DNA of 64,000 nucleotides from Planctomycetota bacterium (GTDB taxonomy: Bacteria > Planctomycetota > UBA1135 > UBA2386). The DNA is taken from contig JBKAGP010000001.1 in the NCBI GenBank assembly GCA_046290465.1, positions 1,728,001 to 1,792,000 of the forward strand, written 5' to 3'. This document shows, in pieces, positions 41,092-51,526 of this stretch (the first letter of the stretch is position 1; each line of letters starts with the position of its first letter). The notes beneath the pieces were generated by a model, which had not been told where the DNA came from, did not search any database, and saw only the letters and a program-made list of their open reading frames with translations. The position numbers were made by a program, and so were the translations under genes.

Positions 41092-41603
41092 TTCAGCTCG
41101 CTTCGCTTCAGCTTGATCGGCTGGCCGATCTGCAGGCGCTTCAGCTGCGGGGCGGTGAAGCCGTTCCACGCGACGATCTCGTTCCAGCGGGTGCCGCTGC
41201 CGAGGTGCCGCCGGGCGACGTGGATCAGGGTCTCGTTCTGCTTCAGCTCGACGACGACCCACTCGGATTCGGGCTCGGGGGCGGGTCCGGGGGGCTGCTC
41301 AACCGGTCGCGGATCGGGCTGCGGTTCCGGCTGCCGCTGCGGCTCGGGCCGCCGCCGCGCTTCGGCCGGATCGCGACGCGGGGTGGCGACCGGGCGCTGC
41401 ACCTCGGGCTCGGCCGGTCGCAGCCGATGGCCGGGGCCGACCTCGCGACCGAGCGCCCGCAGCGCCTCGCGCAGCGAAGCCTGCTGGCCGCCGACCTCGA
41501 GCACCAGCACGTCTTCGTGCACCGTCGCCTCCACTGGCTTCGCACACGAAGCCAGCAGCTGGAACGCCGCGCATAGCACGGCCCACACCCAACCCTGCCG
41601 CAT
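41088..41603 (-). CDS. LysM-domain lipoprotein with Pro-rich linker
   Basis: LASC lipobox; LKQNETLIHVARRHLG..WNEI..WN..LQIGQPIKL. Confidence 0.85.
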   Translation of the reverse strand: MRQGWVWAVLCAAFQLLASCAKPVEATVHEDVLVLEVGGQQASLREALRALGREVGPGHRLRPAEPEVQRPVATPRRDPAEARRRPEPQRQPEPQPDPRPVEQPPGPAPEPESEWVVVELKQNETLIHVARRHLGSGTRWNEIVAWNGFTAPQLKRLQIGQPIKLKRSELK

Positions 41604-41685
41604 GCCCGGATCTTCGCAGATCCGGGGCCCGACGACCATTCTCTTGCAGAACAGGGGCCGAACGCCGAACGTGGCTCGCCGCCGA

Positions 41686-42477
41686 ATGTCGACCACGCGC
41701 CGCCTGCTCCTGACCGCCCTGCCCAAGGTCCCGCTGTCCAAGCTGACCGGGCTGCTGACGAGCCTGCCGCTGCCGGGCTTCCTGCGCGGCCCGGCCTACC
41801 GCTGGTTCGCGCGGCGCTACGGCGCCGAGCTCGGTGACCTCAACGCCGAGCTGCGCTCGTTCCGCAGCCTGCAGGCGTTCTTCCGCCGCGAACTCCGCGA
41901 AGGCGCCCGCCCGGTCGCCGACGCCGCGCTGGTCTGGCCGTGCGACGGCCGCATCGTCACCGCCGGCCCGATCGACGGCGAACGGATCCCCCAGGTGAAG
42001 GGCAACGACTACGCGCTCGCCGACCTGCTCGGCGACGCCGAACTCGCGCGCCGGCTCGCCGGCGGCCAGCAGGCGACCGTCTACCTCGCGCCCGGCGACT
42101 ACCACCGGGTGCACTGCCCGTTCGACGGCGAGGTCGCCGCGGTGCAGCCGATTCGCGGCACGCTGTTCCCGGTCAACCCGCCGGCCGTGCGCTGCATCGA
42201 CCAGCTGTTCGTGCGCAACAGCCGCCACGTCTACCGCTGCACGATGCGCGACGGCACCCCGGCCGCGGTCGTGCTGGTCGGCGCCTACAACGTCGGCGGC
42301 ACGCTGGTCACGCAGCCCTCCGGCCCGGTCGCGCGCGGCCAGGAACTCGGCCAGTTCGGGTTCGGCTCGACGGTCGTGTTCGTGCTCGGCCCGGGCGCCG
42401 CCAAGCTGCTGCCGATGGAGCCCGAGCAGCGCGTGCGCATGGGCGAGGCCGCCAGCGCGGCCCCCGCCTGCACCTGA
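41686..42477 (+). CDS. psd: Phosphatidylserine decarboxylase proenzyme
   Basis: FFRR, PCDG, YLAPGDYHRVH, VGAYNVG, FGFGSTV cleavage motif. Confidence 0.93.
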   Translation: MSTTRRLLLTALPKVPLSKLTGLLTSLPLPGFLRGPAYRWFARRYGAELGDLNAELRSFRSLQAFFRRELREGARPVADAALVWPCDGRIVTAGPIDGERIPQVKGNDYALADLLGDAELARRLAGGQQATVYLAPGDYHRVHCPFDGEVAAVQPIRGTLFPVNPPAVRCIDQLFVRNSRHVYRCTMRDGTPAAVVLVGAYNVGGTLVTQPSGPVARGQELGQFGFGSTVVFVLGPGAAKLLPMEPEQRVRMGEAASAAPACT

Positions 42478-42486
42478 TCGGCCGAC

Positions 42487-44079
42487 CTACGCGAGGCCCG
42501 CGCCGCGCAGCGCCAGCCGCGCTTCGTCGCCGGCGCGCCCCTTGGTGCGCTGGGCGAGGTGCTGCAGCATCTCGGTGCCGAAGCGGCGCTCGGCGCCGAC
42601 CTGCGACGCGAAGTGCGTCGCGACCCGCAGCATCATGTCCGGCTTGACGGCGGACTCGCGCTTCATGCGGTCGAACAGCGGGAAGCCGTTGCGGATCAGC
42701 ACGGCGAAGAAGCCCATGGTCGAGTTGCCCGGCGCCCCTTCGGCCTCGGCCTCGTCGGCCGCCACCAGCAGCTTGGTCAGCGCGATGTGGTAGTGCGTCT
42801 CGTCGTCGCCGTGGCCGCTCGCCGCGACCCGCGCCAGCACGTGCAGCGCCTCGGCGGACTTGTGGGCGCGGCGCATGCGCACGGCCTTCTCGACGATGAA
42901 CGTCACGATCTTCGGCCCGCCCGCGTGCAGCGCCAGGTCGAGCAGCATGTCGCCGAGGCGCACGTTGGTGCCGAGCAGCTTGACCGCCTTGTCGACGCAG
43001 GCCTTCTGCAGCTTCTGCGTCATGTGCTCGCTCAGCCGGACGAGGATCTGGCCGCAGGTCTGCGACAGCTCCGGGTTCTTGGTCGACTGCATCAGCTTGA
43101 GCAGTGGCTCGACCGCCTGCTTGTTGTTCGACAGGCCCTCGGCGGCCGCCTTGCGGAACCGTTCGTCGTCGTGGTCGAGCAGCTTCAAGAACGACTTGGC
43201 CAGCTCGGCGCCGCCGCTGGTGCGCAGCATGCGCGCCGCGAACAGGCGCTGCTCCGGCTGGCGCGACGCCAGCAGGCGCTTGAGCGACGGCACCATGCCG
43301 TTGGGCAATTCCGGCGCCTGCACGAGCACCTCGCGGATCGCCTCGTGCACGTCCTTCTGCGATTTGTCCTCGAGCGAGGCCATCATCGCCTTGATCTGGT
43401 TGGCGGTCAGCTTGACGCCGCGCAGCGCCCGGAACGCCGCGGCCCGCACCACCGGCGCGGTCTCCGGGTCGATGTGCTTGAGGAACAGCGTCTTGGCCCC
43501 GTTCGCGTCGACCGAGGCCAGCACCCCGAGCACGCGGGCGAGCGCCTGCGGCGAGGTGTTCTCGTCGAGCCGCGCGTGGATCTGCTCCTTCAGCAGCTTG
43601 CCGACGGCCGGCGAGAACTGCTCCTCGGCGGCCTCGATCAATTCGGCCGCCATGTCGCACAGTTCGGGCGACAGCAGCGCCTCGGCGAACACGGTCAGCG
43701 ACTCCTCGCCGAGTTCGCGCGCCAGCACGGTCAGAATCCGGGCGCGTTGTTCGCCGATCGCTTGCGGGTAGATCTTCGCGAGCACACCATGCGCAGGTGC
43801 GCCGATCTCGCCCAGCAACTGCGCGGCATGGTCCGACAGGACCTCGTGCTCGACGACCGCTTCGGCGAGCTTGGCCAGCGCGGCAGGGTTGGCGATCTTC
43901 GCCAGCGAGTCGAGGCAGAAGCGCCCGAGGACGGGAGAACGATCGGGACCGTCGCCGAGTGCTTCGATGGCCGCGGGATCCTTCGGCTTCAGTTCGCCAA
44001 GGACCTGAGCTGCAGCAACTTGCAACTCAGGCTTCCCTTCCTCGAGAAGCCCGACAATCGCCTTTATCGTTTCATTCAT
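42487..44079 (-). CDS. HEAT-repeat protein
   Basis: Repeated LQVAAAQVLGEL / VRAAAFRAL / FRKAAAEGL helices; strong codon bias. Confidence 0.8.
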   Translation of the reverse strand: MNETIKAIVGLLEEGKPELQVAAAQVLGELKPKDPAAIEALGDGPDRSPVLGRFCLDSLAKIANPAALAKLAEAVVEHEVLSDHAAQLLGEIGAPAHGVLAKIYPQAIGEQRARILTVLARELGEESLTVFAEALLSPELCDMAAELIEAAEEQFSPAVGKLLKEQIHARLDENTSPQALARVLGVLASVDANGAKTLFLKHIDPETAPVVRAAAFRALRGVKLTANQIKAMMASLEDKSQKDVHEAIREVLVQAPELPNGMVPSLKRLLASRQPEQRLFAARMLRTSGGAELAKSFLKLLDHDDERFRKAAAEGLSNNKQAVEPLLKLMQSTKNPELSQTCGQILVRLSEHMTQKLQKACVDKAVKLLGTNVRLGDMLLDLALHAGGPKIVTFIVEKAVRMRRAHKSAEALHVLARVAASGHGDDETHYHIALTKLLVAADEAEAEGAPGNSTMGFFAVLIRNGFPLFDRMKRESAVKPDMMLRVATHFASQVGAERRFGTEMLQHLAQRTKGRAGDEARLALRGAGLA

Positions 44080-44288
44080 GCCGCTGGAGTATGTTACGCA
44101 CTACCGCGAATGGCGGCGGACCGTCCCGGCGCGAGCACCGCTTCGATCCTGCATGGGGCCAGGATTATGGCAGAGGATGCGGGTTCCTGCCACTGCCAGG
44201 CTGACACCCGCGCACCAGATGCTGGGCCCCCGGCGTCAAGAGAACACAACCCCTTCCCTTTTCTGCGATTACCGCTGACGTAACGGCT

Positions 44289-45464
44289 GTGCGAATCCTG
44301 TTCTTGACGCCGTTTCTACCAGACCCCGGGGCCAGCCACGGCGGTGGCAGCTACGTCGGGGCACTATGCGAAGGCCTGCGCGAGCACGCAGAACTGGGCC
44401 TCGTGCACCTGGATCACGGCGACGGCAGGACCTCGGCCGAGGCCGGCTGGAGCTGGCGGCAGAGCGCCCCCTACGAAGGTGCGCCGGCCGGCGTGGCCCA
44501 CCGCCTGCGCATGCTGTGGCGGTGGCGCGACCGGCCGCTGCTCGCCGCCAAGTACTGGCAGGCGAAGCTCCCCCACCTGCTGGCGCGCGCCCGCGCCGAG
44601 TTCCGGCCGGACGTCGCGCTGGTCGAGATGGCCCAGATGGCGCAGTACCTGCCGTTCCTGCAAGGGCTGCCGACGGTGTTCACCGACCACGAGGCCGGCC
44701 GTCCCGCCAACGCGGGCACCGGCCTCGGCGCCGCCGCCGACCGCCGCGACGGTGCTCTGTGGAGCCGCTACGTGCGCGATCGCTATGCGAACGCCGACCT
44801 GGTGCAGGCCGTGACCGAAGAGGACGCGCAGGCGCTGCAGCAGCTGCTCGGACGCGACGTGCTGGTCCGGCCTGCCACCCTGCCGGTGCCCGAACGGGCC
44901 TGCCGGCCGGAGGCCGCCCCGAGGCGCGCGCTGTTCCTCGGCGACTACCGCCACGGCCCCAACCCCGAGGCCGCCCGCCGGCTCGCGCACGAGGTCTGGC
45001 CGCGCGTGCGCGCCCGACACGCCGACGCCGAACTGCTGCTGGCCGGTCCGCACGAGCGCACCATCCGCGACCTCGACGGCCGCGACGGCGTGCGCGTGCT
45101 CGGCTTCGTCGACGACCTGTTCGCGCTGCTGGCCTCGGCACGGCTGGTGCTCGCCCCGCTGTGGTCCGGCGGCGGCTTCCGGGTAAAGAACGCCACCGCG
45201 CTGCTGCACGGGCTGCCGGTCGTCACCAACGAGCTCGGTGCCCGCGGCTGCCGCGCGCCCGAACCGGCGTGCACGGTGCGCGAGCGCGTCGAGGACCTGG
45301 CCGAGGCGACCGGCGCGTTGCTCGACGCCCCCGAGCTCGCCGCGCGAGCCGGCGCCGAGGCGCGCCGCTGGGCCCGCCAGCACTACGCCAGGGAAGCCGT
45401 CGCCGGGCTGCAGCTCGAGCGCATCGAGCAGCTGCTCGGCGGCCACGGCCGGCGGCCGAGCTGA
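44289..45464 (+). CDS. Glycosyltransferase family 4 protein
   Basis: (M)RILFLTP, FLGDYRHGPN, GFVDDL, APLWSGGGFRVK..GLPVVT. Confidence 0.9.
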   Translation: MRILFLTPFLPDPGASHGGGSYVGALCEGLREHAELGLVHLDHGDGRTSAEAGWSWRQSAPYEGAPAGVAHRLRMLWRWRDRPLLAAKYWQAKLPHLLARARAEFRPDVALVEMAQMAQYLPFLQGLPTVFTDHEAGRPANAGTGLGAAADRRDGALWSRYVRDRYANADLVQAVTEEDAQALQQLLGRDVLVRPATLPVPERACRPEAAPRRALFLGDYRHGPNPEAARRLAHEVWPRVRARHADAELLLAGPHERTIRDLDGRDGVRVLGFVDDLFALLASARLVLAPLWSGGGFRVKNATALLHGLPVVTNELGARGCRAPEPACTVRERVEDLAEATGALLDAPELAARAGAEARRWARQHYAREAVAGLQLERIEQLLGGHGRRPS

Positions 45465-45613
45465 CCCCGACGATTCGCCGCGCCGCACGACGGCGCCACA
45501 AGACCGCGCCGTTCGGGATTCTTCGGATTCCATGACATCGACGGCGCGCGCGGCACCTGGGTGGTTCGTCCCCGATGCGATCGGGGGCCACGACTCGTCA
45601 CCCAGAACGACCC

Positions 45614-47368
45614 ATGAAGATCCAGACCTTCCTCATCCTCGCCGGCTGCGCCTCGCTCGCCGCGACCACGGCCACCGCCCAGACCTTCGCCGTCAATACG
45701 ACGGCCGACACCGTCGACGCCAACCCCGGCGACGGCGTCGCCGCCGACGCCAACGGACAGACCTCGCTGCGCGCCGCCGTCCAGGAGGCCAACGCGTTGG
45801 CCAGTCCCGGCCTGGTCCGCATCCAACTCGCGTCCGGCATGACCTACACGCTGGCCCTCGGCGGCGCCGGCGAGGACGCCGCGGCGACCGGCGACCTCGA
45901 CGTCGCCTGCAACCTGCGCATCTACGGCGCCGGCGCCACCGTCGACGCCAACAGCCTCGACCGCGCCTTCGACGTGATGCCGGGCCGTTCGCTGAGCGTG
46001 CGGCAACTGCAGGTCCGCGGCGGCTGCGTCAACGGCGAGAGCGGCGGCGGCGTGCGCAGCGCCGGCAACCTCGAACTGATCGACACGTCGATCTCCTGGT
46101 CCGACGCGACCGGCGCCGGCGCGTCGGGCGGCGCCGTCTTCAACGACGGCGGCAACCTGTGGGTCAACGGCTGCACCATGCACGACAACCAGGCCTCGCG
46201 CGCCGGCGGCGCGATCGAGGCCAACGGCGGCTTCACGTCGCTGATGAACTCCGACTTCGACGACAACGCGACCGGCCCGATGCCCGGCAACGGCGGCGGC
46301 CTGCACCTGACCGGCGCCGGCTCGGTGCTGGTCGGCTGGTGCGGCTTCCACGGCAACAGCGCGGCGCGCGAAGGCGGTGCGCTGTGGAACTCGGCGACCG
46401 GCACGATGCACGTCGAGGGCTGCTACATCGGCGACAACGCCGCCACCGGCAGCGCGGCCGACGACGGCGGCGGCGGCCTGTTCAACGACGGCGGCACGAT
46501 GACCGTGCGCGACTGCGAGATCTACGGCAACGTCGCGACGACCGGCTCCGGTTCGGGCGGCGGCCTGTTCAACAACGGTGGCTATCTCGACGTCGTCGAC
46601 TGCGCCATCGACGACAACGTCAGCAACCGCGCCGGCGGCGGCATCGAAGCCCTCGACGGCCTGACCCTGCTGACCCGTGTCTGGGTGCGCAACAACATGA
46701 CCGGCGCGATGCCGGGCAACGGCGGCGGCCTGCACCTGACGGGCGCCGGCGGCGTCGACGCGTTCCAGTGCGTGTTCGCCGAGAACTTCGCGTCGGCCGA
46801 AGGCGGTGGCATGTGGAACTCGAGCGGCGGCACCATGAACGTGCACACCTGCCTGTTGATCGACAACGTCGCCAGCGGCGACGGCTCCGACCAGGGCGGC
46901 GGTGGCCTGTTCAACGCGGGCGGCACGCTGAACGTCTCCTACAGCTACGTGATCGGCAACGTCGCGGACGGCGCGGCCGGCTCCGGCGGCGGCGTGCTCA
47001 ACGACGCCGGCTGGCTGACGATGTACGAGACCAGCCTCTACGCCAACGCGTCGAACCGCGCCGGTGGCGCCGTCGAGGCCAACATCGGCCAGACGACGAT
47101 CACCCGTTCGGTGATGATCGCCAACACCACCGGCTCCTCGCCGGGCAACGGCGGCGGCCTGCACCTGACCGGCGCCGGCAACGTCGACGTCGCCGACAGC
47201 TGGATCGTGTTCAACTCGGCGGACAACGAAGGCGGCGGCCTGTGGAACTCGGCGACCGGCACGATGACGGTGGTCAGCACGCTGCTGTTCGGCAACCTGG
47301 CGCCGGTCGGGGCGAACGCGTTCAACGACGGCGGCACGTTCGTGCTCAACGGCAACCCGGTGCCGTAG
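45614..47368 (+). CDS. Exported CSLREA-domain / polymorphic membrane-like beta-helix protein
   Basis: Signal peptide; VNTTADTVDANPGDG..TSLRAAVQEAN; TGDLD; GGA(I/L/V) and N..GGG repeats; three ~140-aa internal repeats. Confidence 0.87.
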   Translation: MKIQTFLILAGCASLAATTATAQTFAVNTTADTVDANPGDGVAADANGQTSLRAAVQEANALASPGLVRIQLASGMTYTLALGGAGEDAAATGDLDVACNLRIYGAGATVDANSLDRAFDVMPGRSLSVRQLQVRGGCVNGESGGGVRSAGNLELIDTSISWSDATGAGASGGAVFNDGGNLWVNGCTMHDNQASRAGGAIEANGGFTSLMNSDFDDNATGPMPGNGGGLHLTGAGSVLVGWCGFHGNSAAREGGALWNSATGTMHVEGCYIGDNAATGSAADDGGGGLFNDGGTMTVRDCEIYGNVATTGSGSGGGLFNNGGYLDVVDCAIDDNVSNRAGGGIEALDGLTLLTRVWVRNNMTGAMPGNGGGLHLTGAGGVDAFQCVFAENFASAEGGGMWNSSGGTMNVHTCLLIDNVASGDGSDQGGGGLFNAGGTLNVSYSYVIGNVADGAAGSGGGVLNDAGWLTMYETSLYANASNRAGGAVEANIGQTTITRSVMIANTTGSSPGNGGGLHLTGAGNVDVADSWIVFNSADNEGGGLWNSATGTMTVVSTLLFGNLAPVGANAFNDGGTFVLNGNPVP

Positions 47369-47534
47369 CGGGCAAAGCCGCGTCCGCACGCGTACACGCC
47401 GCTTCCGCAATCACGGTTGGCAGCGCGTCCACTACATGGACGCGCTCCTAGCGGGCAAAGCCCCGTCCGCACGCGTACACGCCGCTTCCGCAATCACGGT
47501 TGGCAGCGCGTCCACTACATGGACGCGCTCCTAG
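47366..47534 (-). repeat. Tandem array (2 x 83 bp) of a CTAG-bounded palindromic REP-like element
   Basis: TAG boundaries at 47366, 47449, 47532; reverse complement of the 54923 array. Confidence 0.93.
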
Positions 47535-47632
47535 CACCCGGTAGCCGGCGCTGCGCGGTGGCGCGTTCGAAGACCCGGTAGAACGGCCCGTTCGAACAGC
47601 CCGTCGAACGGCCGGCCGCGCTGCCGGCGACG

Positions 47633-50600
47633 TCAGCGCAGCATCTCGAGCAGCCGCGACGGCGTCGCGGCGCCCGGCAGCGGCGCGACCGCCGCGGCGG
47701 CCTCGAGCGCGCTGCGCGGCATCGTGCGGCCGTCGACCTCGAGCGCCGCCTGCACGCCGGCGCGATCGTCGCGCGACGCCGCGGCGCACGCTTCGACGAA
47801 CCGGCTGCGCAGGTCGGCGGGGAAGCGCGCGGCGGTCTCCTGCAGGAAGCCGTGGGCTTCGCCATCGCGCTGGGTCGCCAGCAACACCACCGCGCGCAGC
47901 AGCCGCGCCTCGGTGTTGTCCTGGTCGACCCGCAGCCGCTCCGTCGCCAGCTGCAGCAGGCTCGCCGCCGCCTCTCGGTCGGCTGCTGCGCGCGCGGCCG
48001 CACCCGCCAGCAACCGCGACAGCGGGCTGCCTTCGATCGTCTCCGGCTGGCGACGTCCGGCGCGTTCGCTCAACGGCAGCAGGGCCGGATGCGCCGGCAG
48101 CGTCACGTCGCTCGGCAACCAGCCGCGCCGCGCCGCGTGCGCCAGCGCCGGCCCCGACGCACCGTCGACGCCCGAAAGGTAGAGCCGCCCGAGCGCCGAC
48201 TCGCGCAGCGCCTCGCCGCCAGCATCGCGACCGAACACCGCGGCGACCCCGACGCGGGCGCGGGCCCCGCGTGCTCCGTGCAACACCCCGCCGAGTTCGC
48301 GCTCGGCGACCGCCGATGCGTCGACGACCTCGCCGCCGTCCCGCAGCAGTTCGAGCCGGCGCAGCTCCAGCTGCGGCAGCAGCGCGGTCGCGTCCGGAAA
48401 CACGCTGAGCTGTGGTTCGCGTTGCTTCAGCAGACGAACGGCCTCGCTGACGCAACGCAGTTCGCGCTCGCGGTCGCCGAGGTGCTCGGCGAGCGCCGCG
48501 CCGAAGCGCCAGGCGGCGACGTAGTCCGGCGACTGCGCGAGCACCCGTTCGGTCGCCGCGTGCGCGCGCTGGGCGCGGCCGGCGGCCAGGTGCACGCGCG
48601 CACACTGCAGCATCAGCGGCGCGCGCTCTTCGGCAGGCGCGGCTTCGAGGCGACGCTCGGCCAGCGCCAGCGCCTCGTCGTGGCGGCCGGTCAGCGAGAG
48701 GCCGGTGATGCGGTGGTAGACGACGTCGAACGTATCCCGCGCCGGCGCGGGCAGGCCGTCGAGCAGCTGCATGCTGAGGCCCGCGAGCGCCGCAGCCCGG
48801 GCGGGCGGCAGCGGCATCGGCGCGATCGGCGAGAACTCGGCGCCGAAGTGCACCGGTCCCGACTGCCAGGTGCCGGCCTCGGCCAACGCCTGCAGGACCC
48901 GCGCGGTCAGCACGTGCAGCCACGGCTGCGCGTTCTCGAGCACCGCGGAGACCTCGCCGACGGCGCGTTCGAGGTCGGGCTGTTCTTCGAGGCAGTGCAG
49001 CGCCGCCCACAAGAGGCGGGCGGTGCCGTACGACGGCCGCAGCGCACCGGCCTGCAGCAGGTCGTCCTGCGCCTCACGCAAGCGGGCGATCTCCGGACAG
49101 CTGTAGCACCAGCCGCGATGCAGCAACGCGAAGTAGCGGTGCTCGTCCGCCAGGGAGCGGGACGCGAGCGCGCTCGAGAACCGCTCGATCGCCTGCTCGT
49201 ACTGCTGCGCCGACTGGAACCAGAAGCCCAGCCAGTACTGGACCAGCGGTCCGTCCCCGTCGATCTCGGCGCGCAGCTCCTCGGCACGCTGGTGCCGGCC
49301 CTGGCGACGGTGCCAGACGGCCGCCATCGCGCGATCGCCGGGCGTGGCGGCGCCGCTGTCGAGCAGCTGCTGCAGCGTGCGGTCGACCTCGTCCGGCGCA
49401 TCGCCGACGTCGAGCAGGATCTCCGCGTGCGCGCGCAACACCGCCGCGTCGCCCGGGAACCGTCGACGCAGGTCGGCGGCCAGCGCCAGCGCCTGCACGG
49501 CCTGCGGCGAACGCGCACCAGCGGCCTCCGAGCGCGGCTGTGCCAGACCGAACCGCGCGTAGTGTCGCAGCGACGCGCCACCGAACACCGTGATGTGCTC
49601 GGGAGCCCCCGCCAGCAGTGCCGGCAGGCGATCGAGATCACGGTCCCGTTCGAGCCGCAGGATCTCCTGCTGGCCGGCACGGTGCTGCTGCCACGCGAGC
49701 AGCGACAGCGGCGCCAGCAGGGCCACGGCGACGACCAGGCCGGCCATCCACGGCCGCCGACGCATCCGTCGACCGAGCCGCGACGACCAGCTGACCGAAC
49801 GGGCGACGACCGGCGTGCCGTTCGCGAAGCGTCGCAGGTCCTCGGCGAGCGCCGCTGCCGATGCGTAGCGGCGACCCGGCTCCTTCTCGAGGCACTGCAT
49901 GACGATCCGCGACAGCTCCTGCGGCACCGTCGCGTCGACGGTGCGCGGCAGCGGCGGTTCGCGGTTCATGATCGCATCGATGACCAGCGCCAGCGAGGCG
50001 CGCTCGAACGGCGGCCGCCCCGTGATGCACTCGTAGAGCACCGCGCCGAGCGAGTACACGTCGCTGAGCGCGGTGCCGTTCTCGGCGCCGACCGCCTGTT
50101 CGGGCGCCATGTAGAGCGGGGTGCCGAGGAAGTCGCCGGTTCGCGTCAGGGCCGACTCCCCTTCCTCGCGCATGCTCGCCAGGCCGAAGTCGAGCACCAC
50201 CACGACCCCGTCCTCACGCACCATCAGGTTGGCCGGCTTCAGATCGCGGTGCACCACGTCACGCTGGTGCGCGAACTCGAGCGCGTCGACGGCGCCGGCG
50301 AACGCCGCCGCGAACCGACGCAGGTCGTCGAAGACCCGCCGCGCCGCCGCGTGGTCGCCGTCGCCGGGCCGGGTGCGCGCCGCCAGCAGGCGGTCGAGCG
50401 AACGGCCACGCACGTGGTCCATCGCCAGCCAGATCCAGTCGGCCGTCTCGCCACAGTCGAGCACCGGCACGATGTTGTCGTGGTCCAGCGACGCGGCAGT
50501 GGCCGCCTCGCGCCGGAAGCGCGCGACCGCGCGGCGGTCGCTGGCGACCTCGGCGTGCAGCACCTTCAGCGCCACCCGACGACGCGGCTCGACCTGCTCG

Positions 50601-50866
50601 GCTTCGTAGACCGCGCCGAACGCGCCTCGCCCCAGTTCGCCGAGCACGCGGAAGCCGCCGATCCGCAACGGCAGGTCGGCGGCCCGGGCGTGGCTGGTGT
50701 AGACGTCGAGTTCGCCGAGCGCTTCGACCTCGGCCAGGAACGGCTCGACCAGCTCCGGCGGCAAGCCCTCCGCGAAGGCGCCGGGCAGCAGGTCGGGGTC
50801 TCCCTCCTTGGCGAGCAACCAATCGGCGATGACCTGGTCGAGCGGGTCCGGCGGTTCGTCGCTCAT
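47633..50866 (-). CDS. Membrane Ser/Thr protein kinase with TPR-like C-terminal region
   Basis: GRGAFG, ALKVL, HRDLKPAN, DFG, GTPLYMAPE, TM segment, TPR-like helices; start overlaps the sigma gene stop. Confidence 0.92.
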   Translation of the reverse strand: MSDEPPDPLDQVIADWLLAKEGDPDLLPGAFAEGLPPELVEPFLAEVEALGELDVYTSHARAADLPLRIGGFRVLGELGRGAFGAVYEAEQVEPRRRVALKVLHAEVASDRRAVARFRREAATAASLDHDNIVPVLDCGETADWIWLAMDHVRGRSLDRLLAARTRPGDGDHAAARRVFDDLRRFAAAFAGAVDALEFAHQRDVVHRDLKPANLMVREDGVVVVLDFGLASMREEGESALTRTGDFLGTPLYMAPEQAVGAENGTALSDVYSLGAVLYECITGRPPFERASLALVIDAIMNREPPLPRTVDATVPQELSRIVMQCLEKEPGRRYASAAALAEDLRRFANGTPVVARSVSWSSRLGRRMRRRPWMAGLVVAVALLAPLSLLAWQQHRAGQQEILRLERDRDLDRLPALLAGAPEHITVFGGASLRHYARFGLAQPRSEAAGARSPQAVQALALAADLRRRFPGDAAVLRAHAEILLDVGDAPDEVDRTLQQLLDSGAATPGDRAMAAVWHRRQGRHQRAEELRAEIDGDGPLVQYWLGFWFQSAQQYEQAIERFSSALASRSLADEHRYFALLHRGWCYSCPEIARLREAQDDLLQAGALRPSYGTARLLWAALHCLEEQPDLERAVGEVSAVLENAQPWLHVLTARVLQALAEAGTWQSGPVHFGAEFSPIAPMPLPPARAAALAGLSMQLLDGLPAPARDTFDVVYHRITGLSLTGRHDEALALAERRLEAAPAEERAPLMLQCARVHLAAGRAQRAHAATERVLAQSPDYVAAWRFGAALAEHLGDRERELRCVSEAVRLLKQREPQLSVFPDATALLPQLELRRLELLRDGGEVVDASAVAERELGGVLHGARGARARVGVAAVFGRDAGGEALRESALGRLYLSGVDGASGPALAHAARRGWLPSDVTLPAHPALLPLSERAGRRQPETIEGSPLSRLLAGAAARAAADREAAASLLQLATERLRVDQDNTEARLLRAVVLLATQRDGEAHGFLQETAARFPADLRSRFVEACAAASRDDRAGVQAALEVDGRTMPRSALEAAAAVAPLPGAATPSRLLEMLR

Positions 50867-51465
50867 ACCGGTTCGGCTCCCCGGTCCAGGTGTGCCTTCA
50901 GCTTGCGCAGCGCGCGACTCAGCAGCAGCGCGACGGCGTTGCGGCTGCGCCCCATGCGCTCGGCCAGCTCCGACGGTGGCAGGCCCTCGACGCGCGCGAG
51001 CACGATCACCTCGCGGTCGACGTCGCTGAGCTGCAGCAGCGCGTCGTCGATGCGGCTCTGGGTCTCCCGCGCCGCGGTGCGCGTGCGCGGCCCCGGCCCC
51101 GGATCCGCCAGCGTGCGTGGTCGCTGCGTCGTGCGCGCCCCGTGCAGCGCGCGCTCGCGACGCGCGTCGCGCTTGCCGGCGAGCACGCCACGCTGCAGGT
51201 TGCGCAGCCGGTTGATCGCGACCGTCGCCAGCCACCGGAAGAACGAATCGGGTCCCTGGTAGTCGAACTGGTCGAACCGACGCAGGGCTTCGAGGTAGGC
51301 CTCCTGCACCAGGTCGTCGAGTTCTGCCGCGCGCAGCGCGCCGCCGGCGCGCATCGACAGCAGCCGACCGAGTCGACCGCGGCACGCGTCGAACAGCGCC
51401 TCCAGGGCCTGCTGGTCGCCGCCGGCCGCGCGGGCGGCGAGGCGTTCGCTCGGTCGTGTGTGCAT
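50863..51465 (-). CDS. ECF sigma-70 factor
   Basis: GDQQALEALF, DDLVQEAY, FFRWL; region 4 L..VDREVIVL..EGL..ELAERMG. Confidence 0.9.
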   Translation of the reverse strand: MHTRPSERLAARAAGGDQQALEALFDACRGRLGRLLSMRAGGALRAAELDDLVQEAYLEALRRFDQFDYQGPDSFFRWLATVAINRLRNLQRGVLAGKRDARRERALHGARTTQRPRTLADPGPGPRTRTAARETQSRIDDALLQLSDVDREVIVLARVEGLPPSELAERMGRSRNAVALLLSRALRKLKAHLDRGAEPV

Positions 51466-51526
51466 CGTGTGCGGTCGATCGGGGCGCTCTGCCGGAGGCG
51501 ACGATCCGTCGACCGCGGCGGACGCG

